Source of the DNA: Chitinophagales bacterium
GTDB taxonomy: Bacteria > Bacteroidota > Bacteroidia > Chitinophagales > BACL12
Assembly: GCA_036734545.1 (NCBI GenBank)
Contig: DAIMYJ010000001.1
Span: forward strand, 8,875-68,775
DNA length: 59,901 bases
Direction: 5' to 3'
Below are positions 44,557 to 54,223 of this stretch, one piece after another; positions within the stretch are counted from its first letter, which is position 1, and each line of letters begins with the position of its first letter. Under the pieces are notes generated by a model. It had not been told where the DNA came from. It did not search any database and was given only the letters and a program-made list of their open reading frames with translations. The position numbers and the translations under genes are program-made.

Positions 44557-45790
44557 CAATATGATATTCCTTGATCTTGCGGTACAGGGTGCGTTCTGAG
44601 ATACCCAGGTCCAGCGCTGCATCCTTGCGTTTGCCTTTGTGCTTGGCGAGGGCCTTGAGGATGAGTTCTTTCTCCTTATCAATGAGTGAAAGCGACTCCT
44701 CCACCTCTTCATGCGCATGCGAGCCGTTGTGCATGGGGGCGATGACCACCGGCTGTTTGGTAACGATCTCCGGCTGCAGCGTATGCTGGCGCGGCGCCAT
44801 TTCCTGCAGGGCATCGGCCTCGAACAGTGCGTGCGACATGGACATATCCGTTTTCAGCTGATTGGCTTCAGCCATATTGAGCACGAACTGTTTCAGGTCG
44901 TTGAGGTCCTGTTTCATGTCGAACAGCACTTTATACAGCAGTTCACGCTCCGTGATCTCAGTGCCCGCACCTTTTGCGCTGAGCATGGGCAACATGGAGG
45001 AACGTGTTTGCGGAATGAATTGCGCCAGTTCTGCACCCGTTACCATTTTATCGGTAGCCAGAACGGAAACCTGTTCGGCAATATTTTTCAATTCGCGGAT
45101 ATTACCCGGCCAGGCGTAAGCGCTGAGCATGGCCACCGCATCGGCATCCAGTTGGATGGAGGGCGTTTTATAGCGCTCCGAAAAATCGGAGGTGAACTTG
45201 CGGAACAGCAGGTGTATGTCGTCCTTTCTGTCGCGCAGCGACGGCACCGAAATCGGCACGGTGTTGAGGCGATAGAACAGGTCTTCCCTGAATTTCCCTT
45301 CGGCGATGTTGCGGTGGAGGTCGACATTGGTGGCCGCTACCACGCGCACATCTGTTTTTTGCACCTTGGAAGAGCCAACGCGAATGAATTCTCCGGCTTC
45401 GAGCACGCGGAGCAGGCGGGCCTGGGTACCGAGCGGCAACTCCCCTACCTCATCGAGGAAGATGGTGCCGCCGTTCACCGTTTCAAAATATCCCTTGCGG
45501 TCGTCGAGGGCATTGGTAAATGAGCCCTTTACGTGTCCGAACAGTTCTGAATCGATAGTGCCTTCCGGGATGGCACCGCAGTTCACGGCGATGAATGGCC
45601 CGTGTTTGCGGGTGCTGTACTGATGGATGATCTGGGAAAAGATCTCCTTGCCCACCCCGCTTTCACCGGTAATGAGTACGGTGAGGTTGGTAGGGGCGAC
45701 ACGAGCGGCGATGCTGAGGGCATAATTAAGCCCGGGGGCATTGCCTATGATCCCGAAGCGCTGTTTTATGGATTGGATCTCGTCAGCCAT
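44549..45790 (-). CDS. Sigma-54-dependent transcriptional activator (AAA+ enhancer-binding protein with Fis-type HTH and no N-terminal sensor domain)
   Basis: Walker A GESGVGKE is near the N-terminus, with Walker B GGTIFLDEVGE. The GAFTGA-loop variant is GSFTNA. The C-terminal HTH is RKDAALDLGISERTLYRKIKEY. Confidence 0.88.
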   Translation of the reverse strand: MADEIQSIKQRFGIIGNAPGLNYALSIAARVAPTNLTVLITGESGVGKEIFSQIIHQYSTRKHGPFIAVNCGAIPEGTIDSELFGHVKGSFTNALDDRKGYFETVNGGTIFLDEVGELPLGTQARLLRVLEAGEFIRVGSSKVQKTDVRVVAATNVDLHRNIAEGKFREDLFYRLNTVPISVPSLRDRKDDIHLLFRKFTSDFSERYKTPSIQLDADAVAMLSAYAWPGNIRELKNIAEQVSVLATDKMVTGAELAQFIPQTRSSMLPMLSAKGAGTEITERELLYKVLFDMKQDLNDLKQFVLNMAEANQLKTDMSMSHALFEADALQEMAPRQHTLQPEIVTKQPVVIAPMHNGSHAHEEVEESLSLIDKEKELILKALAKHKGKRKDAALDLGISERTLYRKIKEYHIDE

Positions 45791-45801
45791 GCGATCTGTT
45801 T

Positions 45802-47247
45802 TTAAGGTAACACTTCCACCAGCTCACCGATCAGCGTTGCTGAGGTGGCCTGGTGCACTTTCACACGCACATATTGTCCCGGTTTAACATCCACGGCCGG
45901 GAAAACGATCATCTTATTCTGGTCGTTGCGTCCGCACATATCATCAGCAGAGCGCTTGGATGGCTTTTCTACCAGCACGGTAAAGGTCTTGCCGATATCT
46001 TCCCGGTTGCGCTCCAGGGAATGCCTGGTTTGCAGGGCAATGATCTCATTCAGTCGCCTGATCTTGGCTTCATGCGGCACATCGTCGGCATATTTCCTGG
46101 CGGCGAGGGTGCCCGGCCTTTCGCTGTAAAAGAACATGTAAGCCATATCGTAGCGCACCAATTCCATCAGGCTGAGGGTATCCTGATGCTCTTCCTCCGT
46201 TTCGCTGCAGAAACCGGCGATCACGTCGGTAGACAATCCGCAATCCGGCACGATGCGGCGGATAGCGGTGATGCGGTCGAGATACCATTCGCGGTCATAG
46301 GTACGGTTCATCATTTCCAGCACACGTGAATTCCCCGACTGCACCGGCAGGTGGATATAGTTGCAGATATTCTCGAAAGCCGCCATGGTATGCAGCACCT
46401 CATCCGTGATATCCTTGGGGTGCGAAGTGCTGAAACGCACGCGCAGCAAGGGGTTCACACCGGCCACGAGGGCCAGCAGTTCGGCGAAATGCACCACTTT
46501 CCCGGTCTCCGGGTTTTCCCATTTGTAGGAATCCACATTCTGACCGAGCAGGGTCACTTCGCGGTAGCCGCGTTCGAACAGTTCGCGGGCTTCGGCCACA
46601 ATGGAAAAGGCGTTTCTGCTGCGTTCACGTCCGCGGGTGAAGGGCACCACGCAGAAGGAGCACATGTTATCACAGCCGCGCATGATAGATATAAAGGCGC
46701 ATACGCCATTGGAATCCAGGCGCAGCGGACTGATATCGCTATAGGTCTCTTCGCGGCTCAGCAAAACGTTCACGGCCTTGGAGCCGTCGTCCGCTGTCTG
46801 TACCAATTTTGGCAGGTCGCGGTAAGCATCCGGACCGCAAACGATGTCTACGAGTTTCTCTTCTTCCAGCAGGTCCGCTTTCAGTCGCTCGGCCATGCAG
46901 CCCAGCATGCCGATCAGGGCATCCGGCTTGCGTTTCTTCACTGCGCGGAGTTCCTTGAGACGGTTGCGCACACGCTGTTCGGCGTTATCGCGGATGGCAC
47001 AGGTATTCAGAAGGATCAGGTCTGCTTCATGGAAATCCTTGGTCAGCCCAAAGCCTTCCCCATGCAGGATGGAGGCTACGATCTCAGAGTCGGAGAAGTT
47101 CATCTGGCAGCCGTAGCTTTCGATGTAAAAACGCTTGCCCGCCACACTGCCTTCCAGCTGCTCGCTGCCCAGTGCCTCGCCCTGTCTGGATTCATCCAGT
47201 AACTTATGCTGTTCCAAACCCTCCAGGGTTGGATTATTATCGTACAT
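45802..47247 (-). CDS. miaB: tRNA-2-methylthio-N6-dimethylallyladenosine synthase (radical SAM methylthiotransferase)
   Basis: UPF0004 N-terminus ([16 protein letters not shown]), radical [11 protein letters not shown] motif and a C-terminal TRAM-like segment. Confidence 0.92.
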   Translation of the reverse strand: MYDNNPTLEGLEQHKLLDESRQGEALGSEQLEGSVAGKRFYIESYGCQMNFSDSEIVASILHGEGFGLTKDFHEADLILLNTCAIRDNAEQRVRNRLKELRAVKKRKPDALIGMLGCMAERLKADLLEEEKLVDIVCGPDAYRDLPKLVQTADDGSKAVNVLLSREETYSDISPLRLDSNGVCAFISIMRGCDNMCSFCVVPFTRGRERSRNAFSIVAEARELFERGYREVTLLGQNVDSYKWENPETGKVVHFAELLALVAGVNPLLRVRFSTSHPKDITDEVLHTMAAFENICNYIHLPVQSGNSRVLEMMNRTYDREWYLDRITAIRRIVPDCGLSTDVIAGFCSETEEEHQDTLSLMELVRYDMAYMFFYSERPGTLAARKYADDVPHEAKIRRLNEIIALQTRHSLERNREDIGKTFTVLVEKPSKRSADDMCGRNDQNKMIVFPAVDVKPGQYVRVKVHQATSATLIGELVEVLP

Positions 47248-47254
47248 TTCTGCT

Positions 47255-47262
47255 TAAGTTTG
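47255..47262 (+). promoter_or_regulatory. Candidate -7 promoter box (TAagTTTG) for the membrane protein gene
   Basis: TAAGTTTG matches TAnnTTTG and lies 43 nt upstream of the ATG at 47305. Confidence 0.4.
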
Positions 47263-47265
47263 ATG

Positions 47266-47273
47266 CAAATTTA
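47266..47273 (-). promoter_or_regulatory. Candidate -7 promoter box (TAaaTTTG) for the miaB operon
   Basis: The reverse complement of caaattta is TAAATTTG. It lies 19 nt upstream of the miaB ATG at 47247. Confidence 0.4.
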
Positions 47274-47304
47274 CAAAATAAACTGACATCTTGTCACACT
47301 TTTG

Positions 47305-48780
47305 ATGGCCGAACAGGATCAAAAACTTGCTGCAGGACCGGTATTTTCCGGTTTATTATGGTCACCGGCCACCTGGATGCGTGCAGCCCTGCTTTTCACC
47401 GGCCTTTTTACCCTGTTGCTGTTGCATTTACCATTCTATGGCGACCAGGCCACCCTGGTGAGCGCCCCTGCCCTCTTCTATTACGAGGACGGATTTAGCC
47501 GCCTGATATTGCCTGATGCGCTGGCCACCGGGCATCCCCCGCTGTACGCGCTTTGGATAGCCTTGTTATGGACCGTTTTTGGAAAAAGCCTCGCCATCGT
47601 GCATATCTGGACCGGCATCTGTGTGATCTTCCTGTTGGTGCAGGTCAATCGCCTCGCAGCACTTTACCTGCCTGACCCTGCGCGAGCCCTCATGCTGCTG
47701 CTGGTATTGTGCTACCCGGTATTATGGGCGCAGGCGGCCGGCATGAGCGCTGATGTGCTCATTACAGCGCTGGTGTTATATGGTTTCAGATGCATTACAG
47801 AAGACCGCAGAGCTATGCTGGGCGTCACTTTGGCCCTGTTGCCGCTGCTGAGCCTGCGCGGATGGATATGGGTGTTCGGGCTGGGACTCGTGACGCTCTA
47901 TCACCATCGGGCATCAGGGAGAGCGCTGCTCCGGTATGCGCCGGTGTTCCTGCTGGCATGCCTGCCCGTGGGCCTGTATTTCTGGCTGCAATTTCGTGCT
48001 GCCGGTTGGTTCCTGATGCCTCCGCACGGCAACTGGTCGGAACACCGATCGCTCACGGATGGCCGTTTGCTGGCGGGCAAATCCTTTGAGTTCGCTTTGC
48101 GCTGTATTGAATTTGGGGTAATGATCCCCGCGATATTGGTGGCCACCCGGCTCCGGCACCACCTGAAAGTTCTGAAAGTGCGCACGGCTGCTGTCGGCAT
48201 GATCGCAGCGTTCATCGCCATAGGTGTTTTCACCCTGCCCTTCCGAGGCCCGATCCTTATCCGCTATCTGCTGCCTTTGCACATTTTGATATTGCTTCTG
48301 GCCAGTAACGTGCTAACAGGATCTCTTTCTGCGCGCTGGCGGAACATCTGCCTGGCCGCGACCATACTGATGATGCTTGGGAGTCACTTTTATGCCTATC
48401 CGCAAATGCGGCGTTCGGTGTTCGAATACAGCTGGGGCGATGGCAGTCTGGCGCATCTCGGATATTTCAGCTATCGCGCTGAGGCCGCAGCGTTCCTTGA
48501 GGAGCAGGGCATCCCGAAAGACAGTGTGTATACGTCCTTTCCCGAATACAAGTCGTTTGCCCTAACCGATCTGACTGACGACACGATCGGTTATCGCAAT
48601 ATGGATACCCAATCGATAGCGACATTGCCCTATGTGATCTATGCGAACAATATGAACATGGTCACCCACGACATGCTTCAAACCCTGGAGCGCACCCATA
48701 CACCGCTGTTTGAGCGCAAGGGATATCCACTGCATTACACAGTATACAGAAGACGCACCGCTGCAGAAATGCAGAATTGA
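47305..48780 (+). CDS. Polytopic membrane protein, possibly a GT-C fold (ArnT/PMT-like) glycosyltransferase
   Basis: ~10 hydrophobic segments followed by a soluble C-terminal ~130 aa. The N-terminal pattern (GDQATL..., HPPLYALWIALLW) is reminiscent of the GT39/GT83 families. Assignment is tentative. Confidence 0.55.
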   Translation: MAEQDQKLAAGPVFSGLLWSPATWMRAALLFTGLFTLLLLHLPFYGDQATLVSAPALFYYEDGFSRLILPDALATGHPPLYALWIALLWTVFGKSLAIVHIWTGICVIFLLVQVNRLAALYLPDPARALMLLLVLCYPVLWAQAAGMSADVLITALVLYGFRCITEDRRAMLGVTLALLPLLSLRGWIWVFGLGLVTLYHHRASGRALLRYAPVFLLACLPVGLYFWLQFRAAGWFLMPPHGNWSEHRSLTDGRLLAGKSFEFALRCIEFGVMIPAILVATRLRHHLKVLKVRTAAVGMIAAFIAIGVFTLPFRGPILIRYLLPLHILILLLASNVLTGSLSARWRNICLAATILMMLGSHFYAYPQMRRSVFEYSWGDGSLAHLGYFSYRAEAAAFLEEQGIPKDSVYTSFPEYKSFALTDLTDDTIGYRNMDTQSIATLPYVIYANNMNMVTHDMLQTLERTHTPLFERKGYPLHYTVYRRRTAAEMQN

Positions 48781-48832
48781 CCACTCAGGCGTTATACTCA
48801 TCCGGCAAAACAGGCTATTCGTCGAAATCCCA

Positions 48833-48840
48833 TAGTTTTG
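48833..48840 (+). promoter_or_regulatory. Candidate -7 promoter box (TAgtTTTG) for lepB
   Basis: TAGTTTTG matches TAnnTTTG and lies 38 nt upstream of the ATG at 48878. Confidence 0.4.
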
Positions 48841-48877
48841 TGCACAAGAGCACCCTTTCTTTACATAAACTTTTTAC

Positions 48878-50494
48878 ATGGAGACCATTATCCCGGTTGG
48901 TTATTGGATATTTTTCATTTTTACGATCGTAGGCACATTTGCCGGACTCTACCGGATGTTTGAAAAAGCCGGAGAAGCCGGATGGAAGGCACTGGTTCCG
49001 GTGTACAATGCGTGGATATGCACCAAGATCACCGGAAAAAGTATCTGGTGGTTCGTGATGTTGCTGATTCCTGTGCTCAACGTAGTGGTTTGGTTGCTGA
49101 TGGCGAATGAGTTATCCAAAGTATTCGGCCGTGAATCTTTCTGGGCCTATGTCGCCAGCATGATGATCCCTTACGTGTATTTCCCTATGCTGGGCTTTGA
49201 TAATGATGTGCGTTATGTAGGTCCGCATAAAAATGTGCAGCGCAAAAGCGCCGGTCGCGAATGGGCTGATGCCATCGCTTTTGCCGTAGTTGCTGCTACG
49301 CTTATCCGCACCTTTTTCTTCGAGGCGTATACCATCCCCACCACATCCATGGAAAGCACGCTGAAAGCGGGCGATTTTCTGTTCGTGAGCAAGTTCCATT
49401 ACGGTGCGCGTTTCCCGATCACACCGCTGGCATTCCCGTTTGCGCATCATACGATGCCGGTACTCGGCACCAAAGCATATTCAGATGCCGTTCAGATGCC
49501 TTATATGCGTTTCCGCGGTCTGGAAGACATCAGCAGGAACAGCAATGTGGTGTTCAACTTTCCGGCGGGTGATACAGTATTCCTGCCCAATCAGCAAAAC
49601 AGTTATTATTCGCTGGTGATGAACGATGCGGAGATGATGCGCAATTACGACCGCCAGAACAAACAGCCGGAGAAACCTTTCAGCTATTACTACAATCAAA
49701 TGCGTGCGCGTTATGAAGCCAGCGGCGAACTGGCTTATCGTCCGGTGGACAAGCGCGATAACTATATCAAGCGTTGCGTGGGTTTGCCCGGTGATTCACT
49801 GAGCATTTCAGACGGCATTTTATACATCAACGGAAAGCGTGCTTACGTTGCGCCTGATCAACAGAAGTCCTATGACATCACTTTCAGTGAGCGCGTGAAT
49901 GTGCAGTCGGCCATTAATATCCTGCTGGACATGGAACTCAACCCGATGGATTTTGAAGATACCGCGATGGTCGCGAATCAGGTGGTGGTTACTGCCAACA
50001 TGAACATCGCCAATGCCAAAGCGCTGGAGGCCAATCCCAGCGTGCAGAGTGTTACCCTGAATCATTTCGATCGCTTGCGGTATGGATACATCGGCATCTT
50101 CCCGAACAACCCGAAAGTGATGCCCAGTTCGATCGATGATTTCAGTCCCATCTGGATCCCGAAGAAAGGCGCCACCGTGGCGATCACGCCGGAAAGTTAT
50201 TTTCATTACCGGCGCATCATAGAAGTATATGAGCACAACACGGTGACCCACGATAAGCAGGGCCGTCCGTATATTGATGGCAAGCTGCTCACCGAGTATA
50301 CCTTCAAACAAAATTATTACTGGATGATGGGCGACAACCGCCACCGCTCTTACGACTCCCGTTACTGGGGATATGTTCCTGAAGATCATATCGTAGGCAA
50401 GCCCGTACTGGTATGGTTCAGCTGGGACAAAACAAAACCGCTGGGCGAACGTATCCGCGACATACGCTGGGAGAGAATGATGCGTTTTATGTAA
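48878..50494 (+). CDS. lepB: Signal peptidase I fused to an N-terminal DUF5684-like membrane domain
   Basis: S26 motifs are present: catalytic Ser box IPTTSMESTL, Lys box YIKRCVGLPGD, and GDNRHRSYDSRYWGYVP. The N-terminal ~110 aa (FEKAGEAGWKALVPVYNAW...IPVLNVVVWLLM) resemble DUF5684. Confidence 0.88.
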   Translation: METIIPVGYWIFFIFTIVGTFAGLYRMFEKAGEAGWKALVPVYNAWICTKITGKSIWWFVMLLIPVLNVVVWLLMANELSKVFGRESFWAYVASMMIPYVYFPMLGFDNDVRYVGPHKNVQRKSAGREWADAIAFAVVAATLIRTFFFEAYTIPTTSMESTLKAGDFLFVSKFHYGARFPITPLAFPFAHHTMPVLGTKAYSDAVQMPYMRFRGLEDISRNSNVVFNFPAGDTVFLPNQQNSYYSLVMNDAEMMRNYDRQNKQPEKPFSYYYNQMRARYEASGELAYRPVDKRDNYIKRCVGLPGDSLSISDGILYINGKRAYVAPDQQKSYDITFSERVNVQSAINILLDMELNPMDFEDTAMVANQVVVTANMNIANAKALEANPSVQSVTLNHFDRLRYGYIGIFPNNPKVMPSSIDDFSPIWIPKKGATVAITPESYFHYRRIIEVYEHNTVTHDKQGRPYIDGKLLTEYTFKQNYYWMMGDNRHRSYDSRYWGYVPEDHIVGKPVLVWFSWDKTKPLGERIRDIRWERMMRFM

Positions 50495-50495
50495 T

Positions 50496-51053
50496 ATGCG
50501 AACATTATCTGTCCTACTCCTGAGTATACTCTTTCTGACGGCTGCCGGATGCGCAGAGCGCAGTGCCGAGAGTGAGCAGACGGAAACGGCTGTCACCGAC
50601 GATCCTGCTGAGCAGGAAATTCCTGCAGACGAGCAACACGAAGCCGATTACACCGATGCGAATGGCGCCCGGCAGGTGCACAACGAGCGGTATGGATTTG
50701 ACTTTGTGATACCCGCACAATATCAGGCAATAGATAAAAGCAATAATGGCGACGGCTATTTTATTGAGACCGGCGACAAGGGTACGGATATCCGCATTTA
50801 TGGTGAGAACATCGCCGACAACACCGTTGCCGCTGAGATGGCATTATCTGCGTGCGAGCGCACCGAAAAATTCCGGTTTGACAACGGTTATCCCGGATTA
50901 AAATGTTATCAGGGCGATGATGTATATTACTATTACGATACACCCAGGTTGCGTATCACTTTATATGTAAATGCCTCCGATGCATGGATGCAGCGCAATG
51001 CTGCGGTCATTCAATCTATTGCCGGCAGTATTCGCGCAGGTGCGCCCATGTGA
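50496..51053 (+). CDS. Hypothetical lipoprotein
   Basis: The ATG lies 1 nt after the lepB stop. Lipobox LTAAGC. An acidic N-terminal region follows. Confidence 0.65.
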   Translation: MRTLSVLLLSILFLTAAGCAERSAESEQTETAVTDDPAEQEIPADEQHEADYTDANGARQVHNERYGFDFVIPAQYQAIDKSNNGDGYFIETGDKGTDIRIYGENIADNTVAAEMALSACERTEKFRFDNGYPGLKCYQGDDVYYYYDTPRLRITLYVNASDAWMQRNAAVIQSIAGSIRAGAPM

Positions 51054-51060
51054 CCTGCCA

Positions 51061-51423
51061 TTATTTGCCGGCATCGCGTGCGCCGGCCATCACGTAATAC
51101 ATGATCTTCTGACGCGTGGAATCGGCCACGGATATTTTATCTGCCATTACCGGATATATCGTATTCCATTCGGCAATGGTGAATTCCTTCGGCATATGCA
51201 GATAGTGACAGGTAGCGCAATACTGCGTGTAGAGGGTACGCCCCTCTTCCAAACCCGACACTGTTACCGGAGCGGCATATTTTTCGGCAGCCCATGCGGC
51301 GTGCGCATTGGACGGCTGATAGAGTTGTGGTGCGCAACCGGTAATGGGTGCATAAGCGATGGCCATGAGGATGAGACCCGCACGTAGCGCGTACTGGAGG
51401 TGTAGCAACTGAAGTATTTTCAT
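51061..51423 (-). CDS. Small mono-haem c-type cytochrome lipoprotein
   Basis: Lipobox PITGC and a single CxxCH haem-binding motif (CATCH). Confidence 0.65.
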   Translation of the reverse strand: MKILQLLHLQYALRAGLILMAIAYAPITGCAPQLYQPSNAHAAWAAEKYAAPVTVSGLEEGRTLYTQYCATCHYLHMPKEFTIAEWNTIYPVMADKISVADSTRQKIMYYVMAGARDAGK

Positions 51424-51516
51424 ATTTCTGTGAGATCGATAGAAAAGTTAAAAATACGATATCTGCAGCATTCCATTTTCTCCCCAAAGCCATACCAATC
51501 CTTATCTTTACCCTTG

Positions 51517-51978
51517 ATGCAGATCGTTTTCATCAGCGTTGGCAAAACCACGGAGGCATACCTGAAAGAGCCTTGTGCGATGTATACCAAGCGCATACAG
51601 CGGTATACCATCTTCGCGTGGAAGGAGACAGCCGATGTGCGCGCATTACCGCCTGAGGAGATGCAGTTGCGCGAGGCAGAGCTGGTGAAGAAATGGCTGG
51701 AGCCGGGCGACCAGGTGGTTTTGCTGGATGAGCGCGGCAAGGGATATACCTCGGCCGGTTTTGCGCAATATTTGGATAAAAAGCAGATCGCCAATGTAAA
51801 ACGACTGGTATTTGTGCTGGGTGGTGCACACGGTTTCGCGCCATCATTATATGCCCTTGCGCAGGATCAGTTGCGCTTATCGGAAATGACCTTCCCGCAT
51901 CAAATGGTGCGACTGATATTTCTGGAGCAGTTGTATCGCGCATTCACCATTCTGCATCACGAACCTTATCATCACTGA
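51517..51978 (+). CDS. rlmH: 23S rRNA (pseudouridine1915-N3)-methyltransferase
   Basis: The ATG at 51517 gives MQIVFISVGKT. SPOUT C-terminus (LVFVLGGAHGF...LSEMTFPHQMVRLIFLEQLYRAF). 153 aa. Confidence 0.9.
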   Translation: MQIVFISVGKTTEAYLKEPCAMYTKRIQRYTIFAWKETADVRALPPEEMQLREAELVKKWLEPGDQVVLLDERGKGYTSAGFAQYLDKKQIANVKRLVFVLGGAHGFAPSLYALAQDQLRLSEMTFPHQMVRLIFLEQLYRAFTILHHEPYHH

Positions 51979-51980
51979 CC

Positions 51981-52619
51981 ATGGAGCACCTAACCATTAC
52001 CCTGCTGATCATCGTGCTCACGGTGATCACTTCTTTTATGGCTTTCAATAATCCCGTGATACGCGGTGCGGCGTTATTTTATCCGTACGCGATACGTGAA
52101 CGCGGTGAATGGCATCGCTTTCTCACGAGCGGTTTTATTCATGCCGATTTCCTGCATCTGGCAGTGAATATGTATGTGCTGTGGTCGTTCGGCAGCGTGT
52201 TGGAAAAATATTATTTGCCGGCATTTTTTGGCGGATATGCGAAACTGGTATATACCGGTATTTATATCATCGGGCTTGTGGTGTCTGACCTCCCCTCCTA
52301 CTTCAAACATCGCTATGACGGCACTTACCGCGGACTCGGTGCGAGCGGTGCTGTGGCATCGGTGTTGTTTGCATGTATTCTGATCGGCCCGTTCAACGGG
52401 AGTATCGGCTTGCTGTTCATTCCCGGGTTAGGTATACCGCCGCTGGTGTTCGGCATTTTATATCTGGTATACTCCGCGTATATGGCGCGTGCCGGTCGCG
52501 ACAACGTGAATCACGATGCCCACTTTTATGGTGCGGTGTTCGGATTTATTTTTCCGGGTATACTTAAGCCGGAATTATTTATTTTATTGTTTGAACAATT
52601 ACAAGCACAGCTTTTATGA
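51981..52619 (+). CDS. Rhomboid-family intramembrane serine protease
   Basis: Six hydrophobic segments. FIHADFLHLAVNM, catalytic GASGAVASVLFA and a downstream HDAHFYGAVFG. Confidence 0.85.
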   Translation: MEHLTITLLIIVLTVITSFMAFNNPVIRGAALFYPYAIRERGEWHRFLTSGFIHADFLHLAVNMYVLWSFGSVLEKYYLPAFFGGYAKLVYTGIYIIGLVVSDLPSYFKHRYDGTYRGLGASGAVASVLFACILIGPFNGSIGLLFIPGLGIPPLVFGILYLVYSAYMARAGRDNVNHDAHFYGAVFGFIFPGILKPELFILLFEQLQAQLL

Positions 52620-53635
52620 TAGACCTGCGAAGTGATACTGTTACCCGCCCCACCGAGGCCATGCGCAAAGCTATGTTCGATGCGGCTGTAGGCGATGATG
52701 TATTTGGCGAGGATCCGAGTGTATTCGCACTGGAGGAAAAGATATGCCGTTTATTCGGCACGGAGGCTGCGGTATTCACGCCAACAGCCACGATGTCGAA
52801 TCAGATCGCCATCAAGCTCCACACGCAACCGCTCGATGAGATCATTTGCGACCGAACCTCACACATCTATAATTACGAAGTGGGCGGTTATGCTTTTCAC
52901 TCCGGCTGTTCGATACGATATATCCAGGGCGACCGCGGTGTATTCACGGCAGAGGATGTTTTGCGCAACATCAATCCTGATGACGTGCACAAGCCGATAA
53001 CGCGCTTGGTGAATATTGAGAATACGGTGAATCGCGGCGGCGGACGTATTTATCCGCAGGAAACGCTGGAGGAGATCAGCACGCTCTGCAGAAGTCGCGG
53101 CTTGCGTGTGCATCTGGACGGTTCGCGGTTATTCAACGCGATCGTGGCCTCCGGGACACCGGCCGATGTCTACGGTCGTTTATGCGAAACCATTACCCTG
53201 TGTTTCAGCAAGGGTTTGGGATGTCCTGCCGGCTCCATACTCACCGGTAAACGTGAGCATATGGCGCAGGCCCGGCGTATCCGAAAGGTGATGGGTGGCG
53301 GCATGCGTCAGTCCGGCGTGCTCGCTTCGGCAGCGTTGTATGCCTTAGACCATCATGTAAGCCGTTTGGCGGATGACCATGCACTGGCTGCAGCAATAGG
53401 CAATGTATTAGCCGAGCTGGCCTATGTGAGCGAGGTATTGCCCGTGGAGACGAACATTGTGATCTTCAGACTGGCTGGACACATCGACGATCAGGCCTTT
53501 ATCACCCATCTGGCGGAACATGCCGTGCATGCGTTCGCGATCGGTGATAACTGGGTGCGGTTTGTGACACACCTCGACATCTCCGAAGATATGCGCACGC
53601 CGATCACGGAAGCCCTGAGGTCTTTCAGGGGTTGA
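52616..53635 (+). CDS. ltaE: Low-specificity L-threonine aldolase (beta-eliminating lyase family)
   Basis: MIDLRSDTVTRPT N-terminus, with GDDVFGEDPS and FSKGLG (PLP Lys) blocks. The start overlaps the upstream stop (ATGA). Confidence 0.88.
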   Translation: MIDLRSDTVTRPTEAMRKAMFDAAVGDDVFGEDPSVFALEEKICRLFGTEAAVFTPTATMSNQIAIKLHTQPLDEIICDRTSHIYNYEVGGYAFHSGCSIRYIQGDRGVFTAEDVLRNINPDDVHKPITRLVNIENTVNRGGGRIYPQETLEEISTLCRSRGLRVHLDGSRLFNAIVASGTPADVYGRLCETITLCFSKGLGCPAGSILTGKREHMAQARRIRKVMGGGMRQSGVLASAALYALDHHVSRLADDHALAAAIGNVLAELAYVSEVLPVETNIVIFRLAGHIDDQAFITHLAEHAVHAFAIGDNWVRFVTHLDISEDMRTPITEALRSFRG

Positions 53636-53637
53636 TC

Positions 53638-54129
53638 TTAGCCGATCAGATTTTGCAGAATGGAGTTGATGGTGCGGTTGCTCTTATTGTTACCGCCCAG
53701 CAGACCGGTGAGTGATTGCAGGACACCGCCGCCTTTGCCGTTCAATGCGCTGAGTGCTTCATTGATGTTCAGTCCGCCGTGCTGTGCCGTCTTCACTTTT
53801 GCATTCAGCATATTCAGGATGATGGGCAGGGCTGTGGTGGTGAGTTTCTCCGCCGCATCGGCCGAAATATTGAGCCGGCTTTGCAATTGGGTCTTTACGG
53901 GCGTTTGAATACGTTGGACCACATCGTGGTCTTGTGCAGTCTCGGCACCCGACAACATCTCGCGGAGTGCATAGATATTGCCTTTCCGTGCCTGTTGCAT
54001 GATGGTATTCACGACGGTCTGGGAGGTAACGGAAGACACCTCTCGACTATCGAGATCGATGAGTTCCGGGATACCCCGGCCAATTCCCTGCAGATGCTCT
54101 TCTGCGAGGCTTAGCAATTGAGTAAGCAT
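53638..54129 (-). CDS. Hypothetical protein (DUF937-like, tentative)
   Basis: 163-aa helical ORF with a Gly-rich C-terminal region (GKGGGVLQSLTGLLGGNNK). The family name is unverified. Confidence 0.55.
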   Translation of the reverse strand: MLTQLLSLAEEHLQGIGRGIPELIDLDSREVSSVTSQTVVNTIMQQARKGNIYALREMLSGAETAQDHDVVQRIQTPVKTQLQSRLNISADAAEKLTTTALPIILNMLNAKVKTAQHGGLNINEALSALNGKGGGVLQSLTGLLGGNNKSNRTINSILQNLIG

Positions 54130-54223
54130 GATCGTTCGGGTTAAGGGTGTTTGGTAAATCTAACCCATAAACGCGAATCATCCAAATCCGGCGTATGTCG
54201 GGTGGATCACGGTCGTGTCACAA

